The position numbers and the translations under genes were made by a program. Below the pieces are notes generated by a model, which did not search any database, was not told the DNA's origin, and saw only the letters and a list, made by a program, of their open reading frames with translations. Below, piece by piece: positions 26,872-36,608 of a stretch of DNA of 64,000 nucleotides. The stretch covers positions 4,364-68,363 of the forward strand of contig CAVXYW010000001.1 in the NCBI GenBank assembly GCA_963766295.1. Reading direction: 5' to 3'. The stretch comes from an uncultured Actinomycetes bacterium (GTDB lineage: Bacteria > Actinomycetota > JAICYB01). Numbering within the stretch: position 1 is the first letter of the stretch; every line of letters starts with the position of its first letter.

Positions 26872-27677
26872 TGTTGCTCGAGGCTGAGATCGGAGTATTC
26901 GGTGGCTCGGGGTTCTACTCCTTTGTAGAAGGCCTGACCGAGCACACTCTCAGCACTCCGTACGGATCTCCTTCTGCGCCGATCGCCATCGGCGAGCTCG
27001 GAGGACGAAGCATCGCCTTCCTTCCCCGCCATGGCCCTCATCATGAGTTCCCTCCGCATTCGATCAACTACCGCGCGAACATGTGGGCCTTCAAGGAGCT
27101 GGGTGTGACCCGCGTGCTGGCTCCGTGTGCCGCCGGCAGCCTTCAACCGGACATCCATCCGGGCGATGTCGTGGTGTGCGATCAACTCATCGACAGAACA
27201 TCGGGACGACCCGAAACCTATTACGACGGCCCGCTCTCGGTGCACGTTTCGTTCGCCGAGCCCTACTGCCCGCAGTTGCGGCCGCTCGCGATAAAGGCTT
27301 GCGTATCCGCTCGAATGGACGTGCACGACGGCGGAACCGTCGTTGTCATTCAAGGACCCCGCTTCGCAACGAGAGCCGAGTCGGCCTTCTATCAAGACCA
27401 GGGCTGGGACGTGATCAACATGACTCAGTATCCGGAGGCATATCTCGCCCGTGAGTTGGAGATTTGCTACGTGAACCTGTCTCTGATCACCGATTACGAC
27501 GTCGGTGTGGAAGGTCGTCCGGAGATCGCCCCGGTAACAATGGAGGAAGCTCTCCGCGTTTTCGCCGAGAACACCGGACGGCTGCGGCAGGCCCTCTTCG
27601 AGTTCCTCGAGCTCATCCCACCCGAGCGCGTCTGCTCGTGCGGCGATGCGCTGGCCGGCACGCCGGCGCGTCCTTAG
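26871..27677 (+). CDS. mtnP: S-methyl-5'-thioadenosine phosphorylase
   Basis: IGVFGGSGFY, AFLPRHGPHHEFPPHSINYRANMWAFKELGV, IQGPRFATRAES and DVINMTQYPEAYLARELEICY are present. The start ATG overlaps the upstream stop (TGATG). Confidence 0.85.
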   Translation: MLLEAEIGVFGGSGFYSFVEGLTEHTLSTPYGSPSAPIAIGELGGRSIAFLPRHGPHHEFPPHSINYRANMWAFKELGVTRVLAPCAAGSLQPDIHPGDVVVCDQLIDRTSGRPETYYDGPLSVHVSFAEPYCPQLRPLAIKACVSARMDVHDGGTVVVIQGPRFATRAESAFYQDQGWDVINMTQYPEAYLARELEICYVNLSLITDYDVGVEGRPEIAPVTMEEALRVFAENTGRLRQALFEFLELIPPERVCSCGDALAGTPARP

Positions 27678-27684
27678 TAATCGC

Positions 27685-28485
27685 GTGACGACCGGACTGG
27701 CCGTTCTGCTCGGTGTCGTTCAAGGCGTAACCGAGTTCCTGCCTATCTCATCGAAGACGCACTTGGTCGTTGTTCCTGCGCTCCTGGGCGAAACACCACC
27801 TTCGCTCGCATTCATCACACTCCTTCACCTGGGCACTCTCGTGGCACTCGTCGTCTACTTCTCGCGGGATCTAGTTCAGATCGCCATCGACCTGCCGAAG
27901 CCGGATAGTGCGGGACGGAAACTATTCGGGTTGCTGGTTCTTGCGACGGTCCCTGCCGCTGTTATCGGCTTGCTGTTCGAGGAAACCTTCGAACGATTGC
28001 TGGAACACCCTCGCGAGGCCGCCTTCGCTTTGCTTGCCACGTCCTTCCTGTTGGTTGCTGCGGAGTGGGCGGCCGGTACTTTTCGGAGAGGACGACGGCT
28101 GCCGAAGCCATTGGGGGCCGAGATCGGGACGAGCAACGCCGTTGCCATAGGCGTAGCGCAAGCAGTTGCGCTGCTGCCCGGCGTGTCTCGATCGGGAGCC
28201 ACCATGAGCACGGGCCTGGCTCTCGGGATCCGGCGCGACGCTGTTGCCCGTTTCGCTTTCCTGATGGCGATCCCAGCCATCGCCGGCGCCAACGTTCTCA
28301 AGCTCGGCGACGCGCTCTCCGACGGGATCGGCGCGCCCGAGATCGCCGGTTTCGCCGCGGCGCTGGTGACCGGCTACGTCAGCGTCGCAGTCCTGCTCAA
28401 GTTCTTGAAGCGCTTCAGCTATCTGCCCTTCGCCGTCTACTGCGCCGTATTCGCCATCGCCGCGGGCCTCGCGCTGGGGGACTAG
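27685..28485 (+). CDS. uppP: undecaprenyl-diphosphate phosphatase
   Basis: The start is GTG 27685. VVQGVTEFLPISSKTHL and LLPGVSRSGATMSTGL are present. Confidence 0.9.
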   Translation: MTTGLAVLLGVVQGVTEFLPISSKTHLVVVPALLGETPPSLAFITLLHLGTLVALVVYFSRDLVQIAIDLPKPDSAGRKLFGLLVLATVPAAVIGLLFEETFERLLEHPREAAFALLATSFLLVAAEWAAGTFRRGRRLPKPLGAEIGTSNAVAIGVAQAVALLPGVSRSGATMSTGLALGIRRDAVARFAFLMAIPAIAGANVLKLGDALSDGIGAPEIAGFAAALVTGYVSVAVLLKFLKRFSYLPFAVYCAVFAIAAGLALGD

Positions 28486-28540
28486 CAGGTAACTAGTCCG
28501 TTCGGGCCATAACCTCCAGCCCGTTGTTGTCTCTTCCTTA

Positions 28541-29242
28541 GTGGGTGCACGAGCCAGACTGCCCATGGAGGAACACCTGCATATGGATTGGCGTCGTGAG
28601 GATTACGGGTACGCCACGGCGGCGGTTGCCGCCGTGGCGTTCCTCGTCTATCTCGTGGTCGGCAACTTCGGCCTCGTTCCGTCCCCCCTGGCCCCGGCAC
28701 GCGCTTCGGCCGGACCTCCGGCCGGAATAGCTCCGCTGGCCGCTCCCGCATCAGGTTCGTTGGGGGGCCTCGTCCCCGGTATCGCCGCTGTGCCTCCCTC
28801 TCCGACCATTTCGCGTCCGGTTCCCGTCCTGCCTTCCGACATCGTTCCGCCCGATGTGGCGATAACCACGGAGAACGGCGCATCGATCGCCCTGGGTGAG
28901 CCGGCAATCGTTGCCGGCGTGGTGACGGACTCGGCGTCCAATATCGAGGAGGTACTCGTCACCTTCACATCGGCGTCGGGCAGCACATCGACGGCTACGG
29001 CAGACATCACATGCGATGAAAGCAACCAGTGCAGCTGGACGGCCAAGATCCCTGCACTACTTGCTTCCTACAGTGTGGTTGCCCAAGCCACCGACGCCGC
29101 AGGAAACGTTGGACACAGCGAACCGGTCAATGTCGCGGTGCTCAACACGGGAAGCACTGTTCAGCAGGTGGGCAACGTCGTCAGACGCGTACCCAGTCTG
29201 TTGGAGAACGTCGTCGGACAGCTTCTCGGTCTGCTCGGCTAG
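28541..29242 (+). CDS. membrane-anchored extracellular protein with bacterial Ig-like domain
   Basis: One TM (AAVAAVAFLVYLVVGNFG), a Pro-rich linker and an Ig-like segment ending AQATDAAGNVGHSEPVNVAVLN. The start is uncertain (28541, 28565 or 28583). Confidence 0.55.
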   Translation: MGARARLPMEEHLHMDWRREDYGYATAAVAAVAFLVYLVVGNFGLVPSPLAPARASAGPPAGIAPLAAPASGSLGGLVPGIAAVPPSPTISRPVPVLPSDIVPPDVAITTENGASIALGEPAIVAGVVTDSASNIEEVLVTFTSASGSTSTATADITCDESNQCSWTAKIPALLASYSVVAQATDAAGNVGHSEPVNVAVLNTGSTVQQVGNVVRRVPSLLENVVGQLLGLLG

Positions 29243-30567
29243 CGCTTAAGCTCGCCGGATACGACCTCCGGCCGGCCGAAGGACAGGTAAGTGAATCCCA
29301 TCTCGGCCATCCGCTCCAACGACCACAGATTGCGGCCGTCGACGATTATCGGACGACGCAGGGCTTCCTTTACGCGATCGAGGTCGGCTTCGATGAACTC
29401 CGGCCATTCGGTTAGAACCACAAGCGCATCCGCACCTTCCAGAGCACTCATCGCATCGGACACGATCTCGGCGTGCGGGAATTCGGCCTTTGCGACAGGG
29501 CCCGCCGCCGGGTCGTAGGCACGGATCTTCGCTCCCTCATGCTCGAGGGCCGGAATGATGTCCAGTGACGGCGCCTCGCGTAGGTCATCGGTTCCGGCTT
29601 TGAACGCCAGGCCCCAGACGGCGATGGTCTTTCCGTCAAGGTTCCAAAGCGCCCGACTCACTTTCTGGACGAGGATGTTGCGTTGCTCGACATTGATCTG
29701 ACGAACGTTGTCCAGGAACGAAAGATCGACACCGAGCTCCTCGGCTTGCGAGATGAACGCTGCGAGATCTTTCGGGAAGCAGAACCCTCCGTAACCGATG
29801 CCGGCCGAAAGATGGTGAGGGCCGATTCGCGGGTCGAGCCCCATCCCGCGAGCGACGACGGACACGTCCGCGCCCGCCGCCTCGCATAGCCGAGCCACCG
29901 CGTTTATATAGCTGATCTTCATCGCGAGGAAGCTGTTGGAGGCGTGCTTAATCAGCTCGGCTGTTTCCAGGTCGGTGAAAACGATCGGACAGCCGGTGCG
30001 CTCGATGATCGGCGCGTAGATTTCATGCAGGACGGTCTTCGCCCGGCCGTTGTTCTGTAGACCGATCACGATCCTTTCCGGCGCAAGCGTGTCGTGTACC
30101 GCCGATCCCTCTCTGAGGAACTCGGGATTGGTGGCAACCTCGATCTCGTCCGCCCTTCCTTCTTCCCGGATCACTTCGGTTATCCGTCTCGCGGTATGCA
30201 CAGGAACTGTGGACTTCTCGACGATCACCACAGGACCCGGCGCGGCCTCGGCGACGGCACGCGTCGCCTTCTCCACGTAAACGAGGCTGGCCCGGCCGTC
30301 GGGGCGAGGCGGTGTGTTCACGCAGATGAAAGCGGCGTCGGCTCCTTGGAGAGCGGCCGCAACATCGGCGGTGAAGGTGAGTCCCTTGCCGTGGTGCCGG
30401 GAGACGAGGTCATCGAGTCCGGGCTCGTAGAAGGGAGCCTCGCCTCGGTCGAGCAGCTCGAGGCGCTGCGGATCGTTATCGACGCCGACCACCTCGTGTC
30501 CGATCTCGGCGAAACCCGCTGCAGTGACCAGACCGACGTGACCGCAACCAACGATTACCAGCTTCAC
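29239..30567 (-). CDS. ugd: UDP-glucose 6-dehydrogenase
   Basis: GTG 30567 overlaps the uxs stop (GTGA). [29 protein letters not shown] and GGFCFPKD are present. Confidence 0.9.
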   Translation of the reverse strand: MKLVIVGCGHVGLVTAAGFAEIGHEVVGVDNDPQRLELLDRGEAPFYEPGLDDLVSRHHGKGLTFTADVAAALQGADAAFICVNTPPRPDGRASLVYVEKATRAVAEAAPGPVVIVEKSTVPVHTARRITEVIREEGRADEIEVATNPEFLREGSAVHDTLAPERIVIGLQNNGRAKTVLHEIYAPIIERTGCPIVFTDLETAELIKHASNSFLAMKISYINAVARLCEAAGADVSVVARGMGLDPRIGPHHLSAGIGYGGFCFPKDLAAFISQAEELGVDLSFLDNVRQINVEQRNILVQKVSRALWNLDGKTIAVWGLAFKAGTDDLREAPSLDIIPALEHEGAKIRAYDPAAGPVAKAEFPHAEIVSDAMSALEGADALVVLTEWPEFIEADLDRVKEALRRPIIVDGRNLWSLERMAEMGFTYLSFGRPEVVSGELKR

Positions 30568-31502
30568 CGTGTCCCCATCTCTTCGGCGAACCAAGACACG
30601 GTACGCCGTAAGCCCTCTTCGAGGGAAACAACAGGCTCCCAGCCGAGAACCCGCCGAGCAAGGCTGATGTCGGGGCAGCGCACCGTGGGGTCATCGGGCG
30701 GACGGGGACCGAACTCGATGGGCGAAGGGCTGTTCGTTATGTCCACGATGAGTTTCGCGAGCTCCAGAACGCTGAGCTCATGCGGATTGCCGATGTTCAT
30801 CGGCCCCTTATGGTCGGATAGCGCAAGCCTCACGATGCCTTCGATCAGATCGTCGACATAGCAGAGCGAACGCGTTTGCGATCCGTCGCCGTGCACGACG
30901 AGAGGCTTGCCCTCCAGCGCCGCCGAGATGAAAGCGGGAGCGGCCCGTCCGTCGTCGCGGTCCATGAACGGACCGTAAGTGTTGAAGATGCGGACAAGCT
31001 TGGTGTCGACCCCGTGCTTGAGGTTGTAGGCCATGGCCATCGCTTCGGCGAAGCGCTTGCCCTCGTCGTAAACGCCGCGCGGACCTACGGGATTGACGTT
31101 CCCCCAGTAGTCCTCCGTCTGAGGGTGCACCAAGGGGTCTCCATAAACCTCTGAGGTTGAGGCGAGAAGGAATCGCGCGCCTTTCCCCTTCGCCAAGCCG
31201 AGCGCGTTGTGCGTACCCAACGAACCGACCTTGAGCGTCTGGATACCGAACTCGATGTAAGCGCGCGGTGAAGCAGGCGATGCGAAATGCAGGATGAGGT
31301 CTACATCGCCGGGGATGTCGATGAATTTCGTGACGTCCCGCTGGATGAACGTGAACGAGGGGTTGTCGGCAACGCGTTCGAGATTGCGTTGCGCGCCGGT
31401 GATGAAGTTATCCAAGCCAACGACCTCGTGGCCGTCAGCGAGGAAGCGAGCACAGAGATGGGAGCCGAGGAACCCCGCGCCCCCAGTGACAACTACCCTC
31501 AT
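30564..31502 (-). CDS. uxs: UDP-glucuronate decarboxylase (UDP-xylose synthase)
   Basis: [39 protein letters not shown] and RIFNTYGP are present. The start is the internal ATG at 31502. Confidence 0.85.
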   Translation of the reverse strand: MRVVVTGGAGFLGSHLCARFLADGHEVVGLDNFITGAQRNLERVADNPSFTFIQRDVTKFIDIPGDVDLILHFASPASPRAYIEFGIQTLKVGSLGTHNALGLAKGKGARFLLASTSEVYGDPLVHPQTEDYWGNVNPVGPRGVYDEGKRFAEAMAMAYNLKHGVDTKLVRIFNTYGPFMDRDDGRAAPAFISAALEGKPLVVHGDGSQTRSLCYVDDLIEGIVRLALSDHKGPMNIGNPHELSVLELAKLIVDITNSPSPIEFGPRPPDDPTVRCPDISLARRVLGWEPVVSLEEGLRRTVSWFAEEMGTR

Positions 31503-31535
31503 CGAGCCGAGCCTACCGCGAGCGGAGCGAGCGGC

Positions 31536-31568
31536 AAAAGAGAACCCCGCAGGTTCTGCGAGGTTCTC
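31536..31568 (-). terminator. intrinsic terminator after the SDR gene
   Basis: The minus strand reads gagaacctcgcag-aac-ctgcggggttctc. This is a 13-bp stem with one G.U and a 3-nt loop, followed by TTTTGCC. Confidence 0.7.
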
Positions 31569-31570
31569 GT

Positions 31571-32347
31571 CTACCAATGACTGGCGGACGACCCACCGTC
31601 GACGGGCACCGAAGCGCCGGTCACGTAGGCAGACTGCTCCGAGCACAGGAACGCGACCACGGCGCCGAACTCCGCCGGCTGTCCGTAACGCTTGGCCGGG
31701 ATCCCCTTCTCGGCCCCCGCTCGGATCTCCTCGATGGAACGGCCGCTCGCCTCGGCCGCCGCACGGTCCAGCGAAGCCACACGATCTGTGGCGATGCGAC
31801 CGGGGAGTACACAGTTAACGGTGATGCCGTCGGCACCAACCTGCTTCGACAGAGATTTCGCGAACCCGTGCACCGCCATGCGCACCGAGTTCGAGAGGAC
31901 GAGCATGGGGACCGGCTCGCGCACAACGCTCGAGGTGACGAAAACGATCCGTCCCCATCCGTTCTCCTTCATGTGCGGGACGACAAGATGCGCCAAGCGC
32001 ACCATCGGCTTCACGAGCAGATCGAGCGCTCCGTCGTAAGCATCGGCACCGGTATCAAGAGCGGTGCCCGGCGTCGGGCCACCGGTAGACCCAACGAGTA
32101 TGTCGATGCGGCCGAAGGCCTCTAGCGTCGCATCGACGATGCGCTGCGGAGCGTCGGATTCGCTGATGTCCGCTTCCAAGCCGATCGCTTTGGGAAGCGC
32201 CACAGCTTCGTCACGCGCGAGGTCACCTCGTCGCCCGACTATCGCAACGGCTGCACCCTCGGCAGCGAGGGCTTTGGCGCTCGCCAACCCGAGCCCGGAC
32301 GTTGCTCCGGTAACTAGAGCAGTCCTTCCTTCGAGTCCTAGGTCCAC
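31571..32347 (-). CDS. SDR-family oxidoreductase
   Basis: The start is GTG 32347. [28 protein letters not shown] is present, and the C-terminus reads [12 protein letters not shown]. Confidence 0.8.
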   Translation of the reverse strand: MDLGLEGRTALVTGATSGLGLASAKALAAEGAAVAIVGRRGDLARDEAVALPKAIGLEADISESDAPQRIVDATLEAFGRIDILVGSTGGPTPGTALDTGADAYDGALDLLVKPMVRLAHLVVPHMKENGWGRIVFVTSSVVREPVPMLVLSNSVRMAVHGFAKSLSKQVGADGITVNCVLPGRIATDRVASLDRAAAEASGRSIEEIRAGAEKGIPAKRYGQPAEFGAVVAFLCSEQSAYVTGASVPVDGGSSASHW

Positions 32348-32366
32348 CTGAGAAGTATTGCGCGCG

Positions 32367-34169
32367 TCAGCCGGCGGCTTGGATCGGTCCGATGTGGCGT
32401 ACGGTCTCGGCTTCACCGGATTCTCTTGGCCGAGGCGCCGACGCACCCTCGACGATGCGCAGGACCTCCTCGAGTGAGGTGACGCCGCTGCGAACCTTCT
32501 CGAAGCCGTCCTCGCGAAGCGTCCGCATCCCCTGCGACAAGGCAAGACGGCGGATGTCGTCGGACGATCGCCTCTCGACCGCCATTAACTCGATCTCTTC
32601 GGTGACCGTCATGAGCTCGAAAAGAGCTAGACGTCCCCGGTAACCCGTACCGGAGCAGTGGTTGCAACCGACGGGTCTGTACAGCACTTGCCCATCGGTT
32701 ACACCAACATCGCCGGCGACCTCGGGTGGAGGAACGTATTCCTGCCGGCAGCGCAGACAGAGCTTGCGGATGAGCCGCTGGGCCAACACGCATTCCAGAG
32801 CCGATGCAACCAGGAATGGTTCGACGCCCATCTCGATCAATCGCGTGAGGGCCGACGGCGCATCGTTGGTGTGCAGCGTCGATAGAACGAGGTGACCGGT
32901 CATCGCGGCCTCGATCGCGATCTTTGCCGTTTCGGAGTCACGGATCTCACCGACCATTAGGACATCAGGGTCCGAGCGGAGGATCGACCGGAGTGCGGTG
33001 GCGAACGTCAGCTTGATCTTGGGATTCACATGGATCTGACTGACACCCGGCAAGCGGAACTCAACCGGATCCTCGACTGTGATGATCTTGCGAGACGTCT
33101 CGTTCACAACACTCAGCGTCGAGTAGAGCGTCGTCGACTTTCCCGATCCTGTAGGGCCGACAACGAGGATCGCGCCGTACGGCTTGCGGAAAGCCTGTTC
33201 GAATCGCTCGAGATCCTGTTCAAGGAAGCCAAGCTCGACCAAGCCGAGCAAGGAAGACGAGCGGTCGAGGATCCGGAGGATCACTTCCTCGCCCCACACA
33301 GAAGGCACCGTTGTTACACGGAGGTCGATGGGGTTTCCCGCAACAACAACGGTCATGCGGCCGTCCTGCGGGATCCGCTTCTCGGAGATGTCCAGCTCGG
33401 CCATGATCTTGATCCGCGATGCAACACCGGCATGTAGAGAGCGTGGGATGCGCATCGCTTCGTGAAGCACTCCGTCAAGACGGAAACGAACGCGCACATC
33501 GCGGTCTTGGGGCTCGATGTGCAAGTCGGAAGCGCGCTGGTGAACGGCCTGCGCAATCATCTGGTTGATCGCCCTAACTATGGGCGCGTCCTCGGCCGAG
33601 TCGTACTCGAGCTGATGCTGCTCTTCCTCCTCGGGAAGAGCCTCTTCGAGCAGAGACTCGGCGGAACGCTCGAGACCCCCCATCTGCATCCAGACGTCGT
33701 GGATGGCTCCCGCTTCGGCCAGCACGAGCTTCAGGTCGCGGCCGCTCACCGTTCGAAGGTCGTCGATCGCGATCACATTCGAGGGGTCGGAGATCGCAAC
33801 CACGAGCCACGGTCCATCGAAGTGGATCGGCAGCACACCATGACGGCGTGCAAGCGCTTCCGGAACCGAGTTGACCGCAGCGAGATCGATATCGCACTCG
33901 ACTAGGTCGACGAAGGGGAGCTCGAGCCCCCCTGGTACGCGCACGCTCGGGAGGGTCTCGCGAATGACCTGACCGACCGTGCGGCCGGTCTTTGCCGCTT
34001 GTCCTAGCAATGCAGCGGCTTGTTCCAAGGTTATGTGGCCGGCCTCGACCATCAGTTCGAGAGCCGGCAGCGAATGCCGTCGCGCTGAGTTACGGGCAGC
34101 CGTTTCCGTCATAACCGTTCCTACGGGGTTAGGACTCTTCTCGGCATCCCTTCGGGCGAAGCCCATCAC
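32367..34169 (-). CDS. GspE/PilB-family secretion ATPase (T2SSE_N domain, Walker A, tetracysteine motif)
   Basis: ARRHGVLPIHFDGPWLVVAISDPSNVIAIDDL, GPTGSGKSTTLYS, MVGEIRD and CLRCRQEY...CNHCSGTGYRGR are present. The start is 34169 or ATG 34112. Confidence 0.85.
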   Translation of the reverse strand: MMGFARRDAEKSPNPVGTVMTETAARNSARRHSLPALELMVEAGHITLEQAAALLGQAAKTGRTVGQVIRETLPSVRVPGGLELPFVDLVECDIDLAAVNSVPEALARRHGVLPIHFDGPWLVVAISDPSNVIAIDDLRTVSGRDLKLVLAEAGAIHDVWMQMGGLERSAESLLEEALPEEEEQHQLEYDSAEDAPIVRAINQMIAQAVHQRASDLHIEPQDRDVRVRFRLDGVLHEAMRIPRSLHAGVASRIKIMAELDISEKRIPQDGRMTVVVAGNPIDLRVTTVPSVWGEEVILRILDRSSSLLGLVELGFLEQDLERFEQAFRKPYGAILVVGPTGSGKSTTLYSTLSVVNETSRKIITVEDPVEFRLPGVSQIHVNPKIKLTFATALRSILRSDPDVLMVGEIRDSETAKIAIEAAMTGHLVLSTLHTNDAPSALTRLIEMGVEPFLVASALECVLAQRLIRKLCLRCRQEYVPPPEVAGDVGVTDGQVLYRPVGCNHCSGTGYRGRLALFELMTVTEEIELMAVERRSSDDIRRLALSQGMRTLREDGFEKVRSGVTSLEEVLRIVEGASAPRPRESGEAETVRHIGPIQAAG

Positions 34170-34192
34170 CCAAATGGGTGACGTCCAGCCGC

Positions 34193-34918
34193 TTAGCGAG
34201 CGTGCTTAGTCCAGTGCTCCTCTAGGAGCTGTGCGGTTTCGTCCGGGCGCTGCACAGGCCACCAGTGCCCGCACTCGGGCAGGGCCACGAACCGGCCACC
34301 GACGCGATCCGCGAGCACCTGGCCGAAGTTGGCCGGAACGAACGGATCGTAATCGCCGAAAATTATCAGTGCCGGTCGCGCGTCACTGAGGTCGCGTTCC
34401 CACTCCGCACCGACGTTCACTGCCGACCGGTAGAGCCGAAGAATGCAGTCCTTCATGCGGTCGTCGATGAGCTGCGACGAGACTTTCGCGTACTCCTCCG
34501 GGATCCCGTAGCCCACGAAGCCGGGCACGAGCGCATCCGGGACGAAGGCCGTCATCACTTGTTCACCGACTTCGGGCGTCTGCCAGAGCTGTGCGGTTTC
34601 GTGCCAAACGTAGGTCGAGTCGAGGGGTCCGCCACCGGCCGCCCACGTCCGGATCAGGTCAGGACGAAGCGATGCGACTCGGTACGTCAGGATGGCGCCC
34701 CAGTCGTGCCCGACGAGATCGACAGGCTCCCCTATCTGTTCGAGCTCGGAGATCAGCCAATCGACATACGACTCCTTCGAGGCATTGAAGCCGGCAGGGA
34801 CATCACTGTCGAAACCGGGCAGCGACAATGCGACGGTGTCGTCCCGCGCGAGCCGAGCGATGACGGTGTCCCACAATCGGTGCGTGTCGGGAACTCCGTG
34901 GACGAAGATCGCCGGCAC
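34193..34918 (-). CDS. alpha/beta hydrolase (HDWG nucleophile-elbow type, epoxide hydrolase/dehalogenase-like)
   Basis: IFVHGVPDTHRLW and VDLVGHDWGAILTYR are present. Confidence 0.7.
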   Translation of the reverse strand: MPAIFVHGVPDTHRLWDTVIARLARDDTVALSLPGFDSDVPAGFNASKESYVDWLISELEQIGEPVDLVGHDWGAILTYRVASLRPDLIRTWAAGGGPLDSTYVWHETAQLWQTPEVGEQVMTAFVPDALVPGFVGYGIPEEYAKVSSQLIDDRMKDCILRLYRSAVNVGAEWERDLSDARPALIIFGDYDPFVPANFGQVLADRVGGRFVALPECGHWWPVQRPDETAQLLEEHWTKHAR

Positions 34919-34923
34919 CGGAC

Positions 34924-35727
34924 CTATCCCCCGCCGGCTTCGGAAGCGAGAAGCTTCCTCCTGAATAGATCCAAGACCTGATCGAGCGCATCACGCGTTG
35001 GTTGTCCGGGTTCGTCCTTGAGTTCGTGGGTGAGCACGGAATGCGCCGTTCGGGAGTGTCCCCACTGGTTTCCCGGGGACGAATCGATCTCGACGCCGAC
35101 GAACGCATCGCCCAGTTCATCGCGCAACCGCTTGAACCGCTCAGCCGGAACGATCCGGTCGGCCGTAAAGCGGAGACCCAGAACGCACAGGTCTTCATTC
35201 GCGCAACGGTGTCTCACCTTGGCGAGGTCTTCGTCGGACAATCCGACGTCGCGCTTCAGGCTCTTGGTCAGCGCAAAAGGAAGGGACGGCTGGCTGAGGA
35301 CCGGCGCGATGATCGTGTCGTCGACGGCCATGGCCAACGCGAACCCTCCGGTGAAGCACATGCCGACGGCACCCACTCCCGGTCCACCGCACTTCGCATG
35401 CTCCTCGCGTGCAAGCGCGCGCAACCAATCGATAACGGGTGAAGTCCTGCGAGTTGCGAATGCAGCGAAGTCACGGGAGATACAAGCCGGGAGGATGCTC
35501 CTCACTCCATAACCGGCCGATACCGGCCTGCCGGGCTCACCGAACAAGTGTGGGAGTACCGCTGTGCACCCCAAGTTCACGATGCGGTCGGCGAACGTGA
35601 CGACATCTGGCGTAATGCCCGGCATCTCAGCGATGACGATCACTGCCGGGCCAGACCCTCGCCGGAAAACGACTCGCGTCTTGCCCTCGTGCGTAAAGCT
35701 CGTCCGCTCGAAGTTGTTCAATGTCAT
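34924..35727 (-). CDS. dienelactone hydrolase family protein
   Basis: VGAVGMCFTGGFALAMA (Cys nucleophile elbow) within an alpha/beta-fold layout. Confidence 0.65.
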   Translation of the reverse strand: MTLNNFERTSFTHEGKTRVVFRRGSGPAVIVIAEMPGITPDVVTFADRIVNLGCTAVLPHLFGEPGRPVSAGYGVRSILPACISRDFAAFATRRTSPVIDWLRALAREEHAKCGGPGVGAVGMCFTGGFALAMAVDDTIIAPVLSQPSLPFALTKSLKRDVGLSDEDLAKVRHRCANEDLCVLGLRFTADRIVPAERFKRLRDELGDAFVGVEIDSSPGNQWGHSRTAHSVLTHELKDEPGQPTRDALDQVLDLFRRKLLASEAGGG

Positions 35728-35728
35728 G

Positions 35729-36124
35729 TCAGGGTGCGTAGCTCGACCGGCACTGGATCAGCCACCGTCCGTCCTGCTGCACGATCACATAAACGGCCGG
35801 ATACACACCGATAACCGACCCGTCGGTGCGGTAACGCGTGAATTGCACGTCGAAGTGCACTTTGCCCTCACCCGTGTGGATGACGTTGCGGTGATCCCAC
35901 TCGCTGTGATCCCAGCCAGCCTCGCGCAAAGCCGGGATCGCGAGCTCCATCCGGGCAACGGCGTCTCCAAGTGTTTCCCAGAACAGGACGCGGCCACTGG
36001 CCAAGCGGACGTGCGGATATGCGAGCGTCGCGGCATGCCCGGCGGCGTCACAGGCGTTGAAGGTCGACAGGAATTCATCGGTAACGGCCATCGCGCCTTC
36101 GATGGCGGCTTCTGGGTCGGTCAC
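35729..36124 (-). CDS. NTF2/SnoaL-like small protein
   Basis: 131 aa. The pattern FLSTFNACDAAGHAATLAYPHVRL...VHFDVQFTRYRTDGSVIGVYPAVYVIVQQDGRWLI is typical of an NTF2-like fold. Confidence 0.45.
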   Translation of the reverse strand: MTDPEAAIEGAMAVTDEFLSTFNACDAAGHAATLAYPHVRLASGRVLFWETLGDAVARMELAIPALREAGWDHSEWDHRNVIHTGEGKVHFDVQFTRYRTDGSVIGVYPAVYVIVQQDGRWLIQCRSSYAP

Positions 36125-36134
36125 GGCCGCGTTG

Positions 36135-36542
36135 CTACCCGGAAACTGTTTTGGTCATTCCGTCCAAGCCGCCGTTGTAAACCATCTCGATGATGGCCAC
36201 GGCGTTTTCCTCCGGTGTGCCATCGGGGACATCGAACTCGCCCACCCATTCGACGACGCACTTGGAGTCGCCGGCTTTCTTCACGCTGAGCGTCGAGCGA
36301 TAGTTCTCGACGGGCATCGGGCCCTCGGTGATGGCGTAGGAGTAGGACCGCTCACCGGCCTCGAGCAGCGTCTCGACCATCGCGTTCGGGCCGATCTTGA
36401 ACGTCCGGCTCTTCCCGTCCTCCGACGCCTCGCTCGGCTCGAGTCCCTGAGCCCACTTGTGCATCCCATGGAAGTCGCCGATCAGGGCCCACATCTCGTC
36501 AGCCGGAACGTCGAACTCCCGTGTCTTTTCAACCTTGGTCAT
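36135..36542 (-). CDS. SRPBCC (Bet v1/polyketide-cyclase-like) family protein
   Basis: REFDVPADEMWALIGDFHGMHKW...YSYAITEGPMPVENYRSTLSV. Confidence 0.6.
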   Translation of the reverse strand: MTKVEKTREFDVPADEMWALIGDFHGMHKWAQGLEPSEASEDGKSRTFKIGPNAMVETLLEAGERSYSYAITEGPMPVENYRSTLSVKKAGDSKCVVEWVGEFDVPDGTPEENAVAIIEMVYNGGLDGMTKTVSG

Positions 36543-36608
36543 GCCTTCTCCTTTGGTAGTCCTGAATGAAGCCCACGTAGCCTAGAGGTTCGAGGGGGGA
36601 GGCCCGCA

